Of a stretch of DNA of 64,000 nt, positions 11,207 through 23,583 are shown piece after piece. This stretch comes from Octopus sinensis (Eukaryota): the NCBI RefSeq assembly GCF_006345805.1, contig NW_021833302.1, forward strand, positions 1 through 64,000, read 5' to 3'. The notes under the pieces were generated by a model. That model was not told the DNA's origin, ran no database searches, and saw only the letters and a list, made by a program, of their open reading frames with translations. The position numbers and the translations under genes were made by a program. Numbering within the stretch: the stretch's first letter is position 1; each line of letters begins with the position of its first letter.

Positions 11207-14200
11207 ATGATCAAGATTGGTTGTGTAAATGCGCGTGGCTTGGGGTCCCCTTGGAAACAAGGGTACCTCTTAAATGACATAAAGTCACATAAGTTAGAAA
11301 TCATAGCCATAAGCGAGACCAGACTCCACAATCCGCGGGCCCTAAAGACCATGTTTGGCGGACAGTTCAACATTTATTTTTCCCCCTGTCTGCCGAGAAT
11401 GGGCGGTAGTGGCACCGCGGTACTTTTTCACAAGAGTCTGGATCTCAATGTAAGGACAATATTCGTAGACCGGAGGGTAGACTGGTCGTCCTGGATGTCG
11501 ACGGCAGCAATGGGTGCGCTTTTCGGCTCGTATCAGTTTACGCACCGCCCTTAACAGGTCGGGCGGATTTCTTTCAACGTCTAGAAGTTTTCTTGGGAAC
11601 GTCTCGTCCTTTACTCTTAGTGGGGGATTGGAATGCTACCTTGGACACGCATGTAGACTACGTGGGTAGAGATAGGAATAGACGGGGATGCAAATGCCTC
11701 AGAGACCTGCTCAGACGCTTTCAACTGTCTGACAGGTTTCGACTAGACCACCCGAATGCGCCAACGTGGACATGGAGCAACCGCATCGGGTCGTCGAGAT
11801 CGTATCTAGATAGGATACTGTGTAGGACAGTAGATAGAGATAGCATAGGATGTCCACAATTCCACATAGTCAGCTACACGGATCACAAACTTGTGACATG
11901 TACGCTAGACTTAGGTAAGACACTTAGGCAGGGTCCCGGATACTGGAAACTAAACGCGTCTTTCCCATCGAGACAGTTTTCAGAGACCGGATTAGCACAC
12001 TAGTAAAGAGGGCTTTGACGGGAGCCATCATCAACAACAAATGGTGGTTTGCCCTCAAGAGAGCAGTAAAAGCAGAAGCGATTAGGTACAGCAAAGCACT
12101 AGCCATAGATAGAAATAGAGTAGAGGGTGAGCTAGTTAAGAAGCTAGAAGAGGCAATTAGAAGCGGCATCGCATCCGACGTTTTGGCGGCGAGGTTGGCC
12201 CTCGACCAACACTTCAACGCCAAACACGAAGGATGTGCTGTCAGAGCTAGGATGCGTGCTCTAAGGAACGAAGGTGTTGGAGCCGCGAGAGAGGCCCGGG
12301 TGGCAGAGGCGCAACAGGGCAACAAAGCCACCATTCGGTCACTGGTAGATGAACAGGGGCGCGAATTGCTCGAGCCAAGTAAAATGTGTGAGGCCTTTCA
12401 GCAGCATTTTGCCCGACTGTTCGGAACGAGTGGAGGGCAAGAACGTAGGGTGGACTTCAGTGCCTACCTACATAGCCTACCACGACTCTCGACAAGAAAG
12501 GCAGGGTGCTGCGAAGGTGCCATCACGGCGGCGGAAGTGCGGGAAGCGATGGCAGAATGCTCGAGGGACAATCACCGGGTTTGGATGGTCTACCCTACGA
12601 GCTTTACAATTGTATGCCAGACTTGTTTGGAGATCTCTTGGCGGCGGTGTACTGCAACTGGCAGCAAAACGGGAGCATTCCTGGTTTTGTGAGCCGAGGA
12701 GCCGTAACACTGCTGAAGAAAGATCTAAACAAGGGAAATGTAATAGATAACTTTAGGCCCATCACTCTGCTTAATGCAGACTTGAAAATTTTGGCCAAGG
12801 TGCTAGCCAAGAGGTTGGCGCTTGTCATCGAGAAACTGGTCGACAAGGCGCAAACATGCGCCGTGCCAGGCCGGACCATCCATGACACCTCCATCTGATG
12901 CGCTACATCATAGACAGGGTAGTTAACGAACCTGGCATGGTGGGGCCCTGATCAACTTGGATCAATCAAAAGCCTTTGATAGGGTAGACCATCGATACTT
13001 GGAGGCAGTCCTGAGAGCGGCTGGTTTCGGTCCCGTCTTCCGCGGCTGGATAGCTGCCTTGTACAGAGGCATCCGTTCGGTAATTCGCGTAAATGGACAT
13101 CTATCGAGACCTTTCGACATTGCACGTTCGGTCCGTCAGGGATGCCCCCTCTCGGCGCTTCTATACGTATTGACTCTTGAGCCACTACTGCGGAAGCTGG
13201 CGACTCTAAGGGGCATCCCGCGAGAATTGGGATGCGGGACGAGCGTGTCTGCATACGCGGACGACGTCACCGTCATAGTGTCTAGCCACGAGCACATCGA
13301 GCTGGTCGGCGAGACACTGAAAAACTACGAAGCGGTGACAGGAGCGAAAATCAACCGGGAAAAGTCAGTGGGCTTGCGACTAGGCACCTGGAGAAGCAAG
13401 CCCATGCCGTCCACCAGCGCCTCCGTCGTGGGACGCTGGACCGACGGCCCGGTTGAGTTGCTCGGGGTCTGGTTTGGTCCGGACCTCCAAGTGGAGAAGA
13501 ACTGGAACGAGATAACGAGTAGGGTGGTCACTCTCGCCCGGCAATGGGCCGAGAGGAAACTGTCCCTAAAAGGTCGAGCGGAGGTGGCGAACACGTACAT
13601 CGCGTCCGTCATCTACTACCGCCTGACCGTCGTACCTTGTCCCGACCCTACCATCACCAAACTACAACGCATCCTCTTTCGCTTCTTGTGGAAAGGATGC
13701 GTCCCGATGGTCAGGCGATCCATTTGCTGTCAACACCCGTTAAAAGGAGGGCTGGGCATGCCGTGGTTGATGATGCGCAGACACGCGCTGAGACTGCGAC
13801 ATCTCTGGCTCTATGTAGACGACGGTGAACAGGTGTGGTCGCCGTTTGTGAGGCACGCTTTCCCGCAGCTCGTCTCCATGACCGAACTGCAGTCGTGGAT
13901 CAAAAAGAGGCCGAGGAAGGGCGAATGGCACCGCGAGTGTCGCGTTGCTCTCAAGCAACTCTGCCGTCCTGGGTCGACCTTAAGTGACTTCAACACAACC
14001 AAAGCATTCTATAGGGGTTTAGTGGAGGGGAGGTACGACGACGAGCTCGGGGCGAACCTGGACGTCGACGAGGAGTACCTGACCCGCCTGTTCGGGACGA
14101 CTTTCGGGCCAGGGCCCATGGACAACTTCCAGAGATCCCTGGCCTGGCAGTGCTACCGAGAAGCGCTACCCGTTCGGGATAAGCTCTACAGACACGGCTC

Positions 14201-14638
14201 GAGAAACACGGGGCCGACCTGCCCGAGATGCGGTCAGAGCGACGAAACCGTTCTGCACGCACTCGTTCAGTGTCCAACAATTTCCGACCTGTGGGCTTAT
14301 GTCGAACAACTGCTGTCACGTGTGGGACGAGTCGGTTTATCAGCTGAGTCTATCGTCAATATTGTCACGCCTCCTTCCTTCAAACGGGAAGGAAGAGCTA
14401 TTTTCATCATCCTTGTGGCTATGGCGAAAGAATGTATCTGGTGGACGCGTCTGAAAGGATTGGAGACAAACACTTTCCTCTCTGGTCAATCTCTCATCAA
14501 CTTCTTCAAGTACCACTTGAAAAGGAAAGTGAGAGTAGAGAGGCAAGTTTTGTCTAGCGAATGTTTTAAAAAAAGATGGTGAATGTAGCAAGAATGGCAC
14601 GTATGAATGACGAAGCCACCTTGAGCATAGTCCTATGA
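11207..14638 (+). CDS. LINE ORF2: AP endonuclease, reverse transcriptase and C-terminal CCHC; apparent frameshifts
   Basis: MIKIGCVNARGL...AISETR (APE); SPGLDGLPYE, NFRPITLLN, LDQSKAFDRV, SVRQGCPLS, AYADDV (RT); CPRCGQSDETVLHALVQC. The duplicate copy (gatgggtgaa) extends the frame to TGA at 14636-14638. Confidence 0.88.
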
Positions 14639-14927
14639 ACCCAGAAATCGAAAACAGAGAGTTGCTTATTTGCAAAAAAAAAAAAAAAAAAAAAGAAATA
14701 TAAATGTGACTTCATTGACCGAGGTTACCGTGGTCTTTTCCGCAGGCTTTTCTTTCCACGGGTAAACCTCACCTGTCCTCCCCTTTACACTTCATATTGA
14801 CATTTCTGTGATAACGATCCCTATTGATCATTTTTTATTCCTCTCCCCCCCCTTTTTTTTTTTTTTTTACCCCCCCTTATTTTTGTCCTCTTTCTCTCCT
14901 TTTACGATCCCTTTTGATCGAAACTCC

Positions 14928-14966
<39 letters not shown>

Positions 14967-15047
14967 CCTTCAAAAGAAAAGCTCTACCTTGTAATTTGTT
15001 CTATCTGTGTGCAGCCCTGTGTGGCTAATAAAGAAACATATCTATCT

Positions 15048-16310
15048 ACACCCGTTAAAAACATGAGGGCTGGGCATGCCGTGTTGTGATCGCAACCCGC
15101 TGAGACTGCGACATCTCTGGCTTCTATTGACGACGGTGAACAGGTGTGGTCGCCTTTTGTGAGGCACGCTTTCCCGCAGCTCGTCTCCATGACCGAACTG
15201 CAGTCGTGGATCAAAAAGGCCGAAGAAGGGCGAATGGCACCGCGAGTGTCGCGTTGCTCTCAAGCAACTCTGCCGTCCTGGTCGACCTTGAGTGACTTCA
15301 ACACAACCAAAGCATTATAGGGGGTTTAGTGGAGGGGAGGTACGACGACGAGCTCGGGGCGAACCTGACGTCGACGGAGTACCTGACCCGCCTTTTCAGG
15401 ACGACTTTCGGGCCAGGCCCATGGACAACTTCCAGAGATCCTGGCCTGGCAGTGCTACCGAGAAGCGCTACCCGTTCGGATAAGCTCTACAGACACGGCT
15501 CGAGAAACACGGGGCCGACCTGCCCGAGATGCGGTCAGAGCGACGAAACCGTTCTGCACGCACTCGTGTCAGTGTCCAACAATTTCCGACCTGTGGGCTG
15601 TGTCGAACAACTGCTGTCACGTGTGGGACGATTCGGTTTATCAGCTGAGTCTATCGTCAATATGTCACGCCTCCCTCCTTCAACGGGAAGGAAGAGCTAT
15701 TTTCATCATCCTTGTGGCTATGGCGAAAGTATGTATCTGGTGGACGCGTCTGAAAGGATTGGAGACAAACACTTTCCTCTCTGGTCAATCTCTCATCACT
15801 TCTTCAAGTACCACTTGAAAAGGAAAGTGAGTAGAGAGGCAAGTTTTGTCTAGCGAATGTTTTAAAAAAAGATGGGTGAATGTAGCAAGAATGGCACGTA
15901 TGAATGACGAAGCCACCTTGAGCATGATCCTATGAACCCAGAAATGAAAACAGAGAGTTGCTTATTTGCAAAAAAAAAAAAAAAGAAATATAACATGTGA
16001 CTCCATTGACCGAGGTTACCGTGGTCTTTTTCGTAGGCTTTTCTTTCCACGGGTAAACCTCACCTGTCCTCCCCTTTACACTTCATATTGACATTTCTGT
16101 GATAACGATCCCTATTGATCAATTTTTTTTTTTTTTTTTCCTTTCCCCCTTTTTTTTAACCCCCCTTTTTTGTCCTCTTTCTCTCCTTTTACGATCCCTT
16201 TTGATCGAAACTCCCCCTTCCTTTTTTTTTTTTTTAAACCTTCAAAAGAAAAGCTCTACCTTGTAATTTGTTCTATCTGTGTGCAGCCCTGTGTGGCTAA
16301 TAAAGAAACA
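15048..16310 (+). mobile_element. Tandem duplicate of the Tx1 LINE 3' end (matches 13733-15038)
   Basis: Colinear match including end of ORF2, 3' UTR and the terminal aataaagaaaca; more indels than copy 1. Confidence 0.93.
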
Positions 16311-16329
16311 TATCTATCCAGTTATCCAC

Positions 16330-16394
<65 letters not shown>

Positions 16395-16421
16395 CAGCTA
16401 TCCACCTATCTATCTATCTAT

Positions 16422-16453
<32 letters not shown>

Positions 16454-16515
16454 CCAGCTATCCACCTATGTATCTATCTATCCATCCATCCATGTATCCA
16501 TTTATCTATCCATCT
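16311..16515. repeat. Compound minisatellite [tatccag(t/c)tatccacc(tatc)n], right flank of Tx1 LINE
   Basis: Same unit as 9657-10000. Confidence 0.9.
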
Positions 16516-16559
16516 ATACAAACACGTACATAAATACACAAACACATACACACATATAT

Positions 16560-16581
16560 ACTTATAGATAGTGAAAGATAG

Positions 16582-16674
<93 letters not shown>

Positions 16675-16675
16675 A
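16560..16675. repeat. (GATA)n/(GA)n microsatellite
   Basis: Direct inspection. Confidence 0.9.
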
Positions 16676-18479
16676 CAGAGGAAGAGACGTGCCCGCATAG
16701 AATAAATTATGAACGCCAGAATATCGTACGAGCCGAGACTGGCCTTTCGTTCGATGCCCTTTGTTCGAAAGAGAAGGATGTGGAAATATTGCTATGTGGG
16801 AATATGTTCAGATCTGGAAGTTATGAAGTAACAATCACTTGAAGCATGAAAATATTGGAACATTTCCAAGAAATAAATTGCGTTATACCAGACATCGGTG
16901 CCACAAAAATTCTCTGAATTATAAACAAAGAACATAATATTTTTTATATAAATATATAAAATATATTTTGGTTTGCAGTGAAACTGCGTACAACTACTGC
17001 TAGAAATAACTTTTCACATCTCCCTCAAAATCATCTCCCCCTTTTTTCTTTTTAAAATAAAAGAAGTATAGCATAGTGTAGCCGTAAATACAAAACGCTT
17101 AAAAATAAGTTGGGGTGGTCATATCAAGAATGTTTTAGATCATATGATTGCTTTATGATGGCGGATCTGTTGTTATAAGCAATAACAGTGCAATCAAACA
17201 GTGCAGCGAGGGTGACATGAACCAGAAGAGGAACATAATATGAACCATAAAAATTAAAAACAAGATCAAATATAAGTGCCACAATAACGTCAACTATATC
17301 AGTAATATCAACATCTACCATCGAAACAACATCAGCCTAAGAACCAACAATACAGTCAACTATAATACCAACGAAATGACAAGTTTAGTGTACTAACAAT
17401 GGATGTTATACGATAGAAAAAGACATTGCAAAAAATCAGAGGTTCCTAAGGGTGGTATTAACTACCGATGTATTTAAATATATATGAGCTTGCCGAATTA
17501 GAAGCTAGAAGTCGAAGGTGTTTGAAGAAAAGTTTGAATAAGCCACATGAGGAGAAATCTGTGAGTGAGTGAGTGAGTGAGTGAGTGTGGGTGTGAGCAT
17601 GTGTGTGTGTGTGTGTAAAAGGTTCGTGTGCTGACATTTCGGAAGAAAAATGTTTGTCTTCATCCTTCGTTCCTGAGATCGTGGACCCAGTGGTGAATGA
17701 TAGGACATGGCAGAAGGTGAGTATACTTAGGAGTATAAAGAAAATTGGTGGGATTGAATAGTTGCGACGGAGAGAGTTGAAGTATTCGGAAACGGATGAG
17801 ATAGAAAGAGAATAAGATATTTTTGGTCATGTCACTGAAATCGCTCTAGAGCTATATGGTCGATACACTGATACTTGCTTCGCCTACATCCCACTCACAA
17901 AAGCTTAATCACATACTTGCACATGTTTCATTCAATCCTACAATTCCCTTCTTCTGCTTATCATACACAAATCACTGTCCACTAATATCCATGTAGTTTT
18001 TCTCAGCGGCCTAAAGGTACAGCATTCTGGTTCAACATACCGAATGCCATTTCCATTCGCCTGGTTAGTCTAACTTCTCTTGTCGAAAGAATCACATAAC
18101 CGAAAGCAACAGCAACTTTCTGAGAAGGGAAAAAGCAATGCATGGTATTCGTGCCTCAGAGTATTTTTCTCGTAAATCTAAAGGAACATTTCTTCTCTTC
18201 AAAACACCATTCAGCAGATTTTATACATATACATTATATATACAGTATATACAATGCTTCATTAAGAATGTATTTTATAAATATTTCTAATTCTAATTTC
18301 ATGTCTATCATATTTTTAATACTGTTGAGAAAGGTGTAACTGTGTGTGGAGATGGGGGTTGTTTGTGAGCGCGCGATCAAACACAGAAAGATGCGAGATG
18401 TTAGCATAGCTTCTCTTGTAAGTGCGTATGTGTAATTACATATTTATGTGAGCGTGTTCCTAGGCAGTTACTATCTTCA

Positions 18480-18690
18480 TGTGAGTGCATTATATATTCC
18501 TTTCTTTTACTTGCTTCAGTCATGTGACTGCGGTCATGCTGGTGCACCGCGTTAAAGGGTTTATTCTTTGTAAGCCTAGTACTTATTCTATCGTTCTCTT
18601 TTCCCAAACCACTAGGTTACATGGACAAACACACCAGCATCGGTTGTTAAGCGATGATGAGTGGGAACGTGGAGGGGGAAAACACAGACA
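18480..18690 (-). mobile_element. SINE family A, 3' half (diverged)
   Basis: cagtcatgtgactgcggtcatgctgg...gcctagtacttattctatcg motif. Confidence 0.75.
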
Positions 18691-18693
18691 CGC

Positions 18694-18763
<70 letters not shown>

Positions 18764-18864
18764 TTATATATATGGTGTAATAAATAAAATATATGCATAC
18801 ATACAAACATATATGTACGTACCGACATCTACATGTATATATACATGCATATATAAATATATAT

Positions 18865-19480
18865 ACGTACAGGACACCACAAGAAGACGTAAAAATCAAC
18901 AGAAACGAAAACGGAAAAGCCATTTTGTTACAACGGAAGGACAGAGACGTGGAACAAGACGAAACGAAAACGGGAAAAACAATTATGTACAGCAGAAAAA
19001 CGAAGTACAGGACATGCTGCACAGGGAAAAATCCCCTTCATCAGCTGTCGCTAGCAGACATAGCGTGTTTCGAAGGCAAGACAGGACACGTCTGGCCATG
19101 CTAGGCCTTCCTACGAGAGAATTAAAATAAAATAACCTCGTAGGAGGGTAAAACGAGCAAGAAAAAAATGTAACACAAAAAGGGACGTAACAAAGAACTG
19201 CACGAAAAAATACAAGAAAAAAAGAAAAAAATACAAAATTAAAGATACATGTACAAGAAAATACAAAACGAGAATTAAATTACAATACAAGAAATCAAAA
19301 TAAACAAAGGAACAAACGAAAAAGACGAACGAAGGCCTTTGTTCTGGCGGGGACGAGAAGGTAACTGGCGAGCGCTGGGAAACATGACCTTAGGACCTGA
19401 ATACAACAGGCGAAAGGATTAGCAGTGACGAAAGTGAGGAGGAGTGGGAGAGAGAGAGAGAGAGAGAGAGATAGAGGAAG
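18865..19480 (-). mobile_element. Interspersed repeat resembling a Penelope-like element UTR/pseudo-LTR
   Basis: Pyrimidine-rich on the minus strand, contains GAAAC and CTGATGA hammerhead core words, and has a layout similar to 54797-55140. Family assignment is inference. Confidence 0.4.
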
Positions 19481-19507
19481 ACAAGCGGCTAGAGAGAAGG
19501 GTGAAGC

Positions 19508-19539
<32 letters not shown>

Positions 19540-19547
19540 GGGGAAGG

Positions 19548-19581
<34 letters not shown>

Positions 19582-19583
<2 letters not shown>

Positions 19584-19722
19584 CAGGCTTCTTTCAGTTT
19601 CCGTCTACCAAATCTACTCATAAGACTTTGGTCGGCCTGAGGCTAGAGTAGAAGACACTTGCCCAAGGTGCCAGGCAGTGATGGAGAAGCAAGCTTCTTA
19701 CCACACAGTCACTCCTGCGCAT
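19582..19722 (-). mobile_element. SINE family A, 5' half
   Basis: ggcttctttcagtttccgtctaccaaat...cttaccacacagtcactcctgcgc. Confidence 0.8.
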
Positions 19723-19831
19723 ATATATATATATATATAAAGGGAAAATTTACGAAAATAAAGAAAAGACGAAGACAGGTGGTGTACAAAACAAACAGAT
19801 TTATTAGTATAGCGCTCAGGAATAGTAAAAG

Positions 19832-19870
19832 TATTTTACGTTTCGAGCCTACGCTCTTCTACAGAAAGGC
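19832..19870 (-). ncRNA. Degenerate minimal hammerhead ribozyme motif
   Basis: Minus strand: gccttt-CTGTAGA-A-GAGC-gtag-GCTC-GAAA-CG-TA-aaa; A6 replaced by U. Confidence 0.5.
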
Positions 19871-20484
19871 TCACAGAGATAGATAGAGAGAGAGAGAGAG
19901 AGAGTGAGTGCGTATGAGTGAGAGTGAATATTGCTCACTCATTGTGGTTAACAAGATCATATCTTAAACTACTAAACTGGCCATTTCTATCCTCTTTACT
20001 TCGCAAATTCACTTCTCTCTCCTTTACTACATCTCTCTCTCTCTCTCTCTCTCTCTCTCCAAACTTCCCTCTCAAGCATGCCCAAATATTAACTCATTTC
20101 CTGTAATTCGCTACTACAGTCGAACTCAAGATGAACAAAAATATTTTCTTTCTCCCCTTCAAGAATTTGTTTCAAACGCCGGAAACTCTTTTCCCAACGA
20201 AATACGAACTTCAGAAATTTTAAAATTGACCATTAAATTTTGCTGACGCACACCACAGCATTCTCACTGTATCCTGGTACGCTGAACACACACAATCACG
20301 CGCGCACACACACACACACACACATATATATATACATATATACACAAACACAAATATATACATATATATATACACATATATACACACACACACATACACA
20401 TACATATTTATACACACACATACTTATATATACACACACATACACACACACATATATATATATATACACACATACACATATATA

Positions 20485-20800
20485 TATATATGCCCACACA
20501 TACACATATATATGCCCACAAATACACATATATATGCCCACGCATACACATGTATATGCCCACACATACACATGTATATGCCCACGCATACACATGTATA
20601 TGCCCACACATACACATGTATATGCCCACACATACACATGTATATGCCCACGCATACACATATATATGCCCACGCATACACATGTATATGCCCACACATA
20701 CACATGTATATGCCCACGCATACACATATATATGCCCACACATACACATGTATATGCCCACACATACACATGTATATGCCCACACATACACATGCCCACA
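20485..20800. repeat. 22-bp minisatellite (tatatgcccacrcatacacatr), ~14 copies
   Basis: tgcccac recurs every 22 bp (20491, 20513, 20535 and onward). Confidence 0.93.
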
Positions 20801-22934
20801 CATACATATATAATAACACATACACATATATACCCACACATACACATATATATATATATGTATACACTCATACATATATGTACACACACACACATATATA
20901 TATATACATATATATATACACACATACATACAAATACACACATACATATGTACATATGCATACACATATTTATTTACACACATACATATGTACATAATAC
21001 ACATGCACATATCTATATGTGTACACACATACACTTGTATGTTTGCATTCATGTATGTAAGCAAAGATAGAAAACAGGAGGAAGAGTGAGAGGAGTATGA
21101 AAAGAACAGATCACCTGCTGCTGCGCATTTCATCAGTGAAGTTACCATAGTGTTTATGGAAGCAATGTTGGCCGCTGTTCCCTCCCACCATTGTACACAT
21201 ACAGCTTAACTACTAAAATCCATAACCCGTCTACCATTAAATGTCTTTTGCAGAGCTTCATTGCTAAACACAGAGCCAGAAAAATAAACAAATGGGCCGC
21301 TTATATCACCAGGAGGAAAACTACTCATTACACCAAAATGTTGGTAGACGTTTGTCTGCAACGTAACTCATGCAAGAAGACCAGACAATAAAATACACGG
21401 TTTCTTGCTGTTAGTCATTATTACTGTTGTGGTTGTTATTGTTGCTGTTCTTCGTATACGATTGATGTTTGTTTATTTCTTTGTTTCTTTGTGTGTGTGT
21501 GTGTGTATGTTTTCTTTTATTATTGTTGCTATTTTTATCTTGTTGTTGTTGTTCTACTTGGTGTTTTCTACTATATGTATTGCTATGGTTGTGGCTTTTG
21601 TTATCTTTTTATGAATTTCACTCTCGCTGTAGTTGCTGATGTTAAATTTGTTGAATGTACGTATACTTCATACTAATACATTTTGGCAGCTATGTTCATC
21701 TAATATCATGTGTTTTAGTTGCGTTTTATTGTTATTACTTATGTTGTTTTCGTCAGTAAGTAAAGCTAGTATTAGAACTACTGACGATCATTTTCCCCTC
21801 CCTATGTGTATTTGTATATATGTATATAAGCATATGTTTCTATACATAAACACACACAGCTACACACACATACATGTATGTATTCGTTTGCTAACAGAAT
21901 TCGTATTCGCTATTTATTTATTGTTTTCGAATAATACATCCAAATTATATCTATGTACTCAGGAATTTGCCGTAAATTGTGGCTTACTTTTTTTTTTCAT
22001 TTGTTTAATTTATATATATATATATTTGCTAACTGAAACATTCATGAAACAATACGTACATAAATATTTGCTTTCACACACATTTTAAACATATACATAT
22101 TTATTTACATGTATACATATATATATAGTATCTATATGTAAGCACTTATATATTCCTATATGTATATATTTACATGCATCCATACAAGTATACACACATA
22201 TATTTACCTGTATACACATCTATGTACATGTGTACACACACACACACACTCACTCTCTAACACACATACACACACAATAAACATGCATACATTTATACAT
22301 TCATACCTACTTTTATTCACATGCAAATACATACGTAATATGTGCAAGAGGGAGACCAAATTAAAACTTTCTCTTTCATATATTCCTGCGTATTCCTTCG
22401 TTAAACATGTTTGACAAGAGATTTGATCTCGGTTTGTATGTCGAAACTAATACAGTTGTTTAGAGATATACTTACATTACACCAAATCAAATTATACACA
22501 AACAGGCACATCGTTTTGGTTTTATTACAGTGCTGTAATAAATACGCAAAGTGCTGTAATAAATACGCTAGAGCAGACGACAGTTACAACATCGTGGAGT
22601 ATTTGAATTAAATAAGCAACTGTCGTTTGAGTTCTGAGTTCAAATGCGGCAGAGGTAAGAAGTACCAATTGCAGAAGCAAAGAATTATAACATACCAGCC
22701 AAACAAACCGGAATAGTGGAAGGAAATAGTTTCTTCAACAAAGATCGTAGCCTTCAAATTGAAGTCGCTCTCATTCATAGAACGATTCGAGTCATTTTAG
22801 ACATTCGTGAAAGAAATAGGCATTTTGTAGAAACTGAGAGATAAAAAGACGATAACACGTTTATAGTGCACAAAATCTAGTAATTAAAAATAACTAGTCA
22901 AATTCTAGGAAATTATGAATCTAATACATACATT

Positions 22935-23141
22935 CTTTTATTCTTTCATACGCTTCTGTCATTTGACTGCGACCATGCTGGAGTAGCGCATTTAGTTGAA
23001 GAACTCGACTCCAGGACTTATTCTTTGTAAGCCTAGTACTTATTCTATTGGTCTCTTTTGGCGAACCACTAGTTTACGGGGACGTAAGCACACCGACTTC
23101 GGTGTCAAGCGATGGAGGGGGAACAGACACACACACATATA

Positions 23142-23218
<77 letters not shown>

Positions 23219-23377
23219 GGCTCTTTCAGTTTCCGTCTACCAAATCCACTTACAAGGCTTTGGTCGGCCCGAGGCTATAGAAGACACTTGCCCAAGGTAC
23301 CACGCAGTGGGACTCAAGCCAAAAACCATGTGATTGGTAAGCAAGCAAGCTACTTATCACACAGCCACTCCAGTGCC
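22935..23377 (-). mobile_element. SINE family A, full length with (TA)n centre
   Basis: Both halves present in reverse orientation. Confidence 0.85.
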
Positions 23378-23547
23378 TATATATCCATACATATGTACAC
23401 GTGCATACATACATCCATACAGTTGCATACGTTCATATATTTATATACGTACATACGCACACCTACACACACATTATATATATATATATGCCTGTGGGGG
23501 TATGTGTTTCTCAGGGGTACATATGTGTAGATGGTTGCGAACACACT

Positions 23548-23583
<36 letters not shown>

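Larger units (their letters stand above)
10001..15038 (+). mobile_element. Tx1/L1-clade non-LTR retrotransposon, 5'-truncated inside ORF1
   Basis: ORF1 remnant with CCHC knuckle; ORF2 with APE, RT and C-terminal zinc finger; T-rich 3' UTR ending aataaagaaaca. Confidence 0.93.

Noticed and set aside
17830-18130. Weak RTE-like 3' coding remnant on the minus strand
   Set aside because: Similarity too faint to support without alignment.
20240-21148. Long ORFs of 200-276 aa (also at 9541-10077, 24383-25108, 42967-43782 and 56993-58608)
   Set aside because: They are translations of (TA)n/(CA)n/(TATC)n repeats (YIYI, THTH, LSIY) with no domain content.
21100-21391. Possible exon (acceptor tgtcttttgcag on +; open frames on both strands)
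   Set aside because: Weak donors and no recognisable protein similarity in either orientation.
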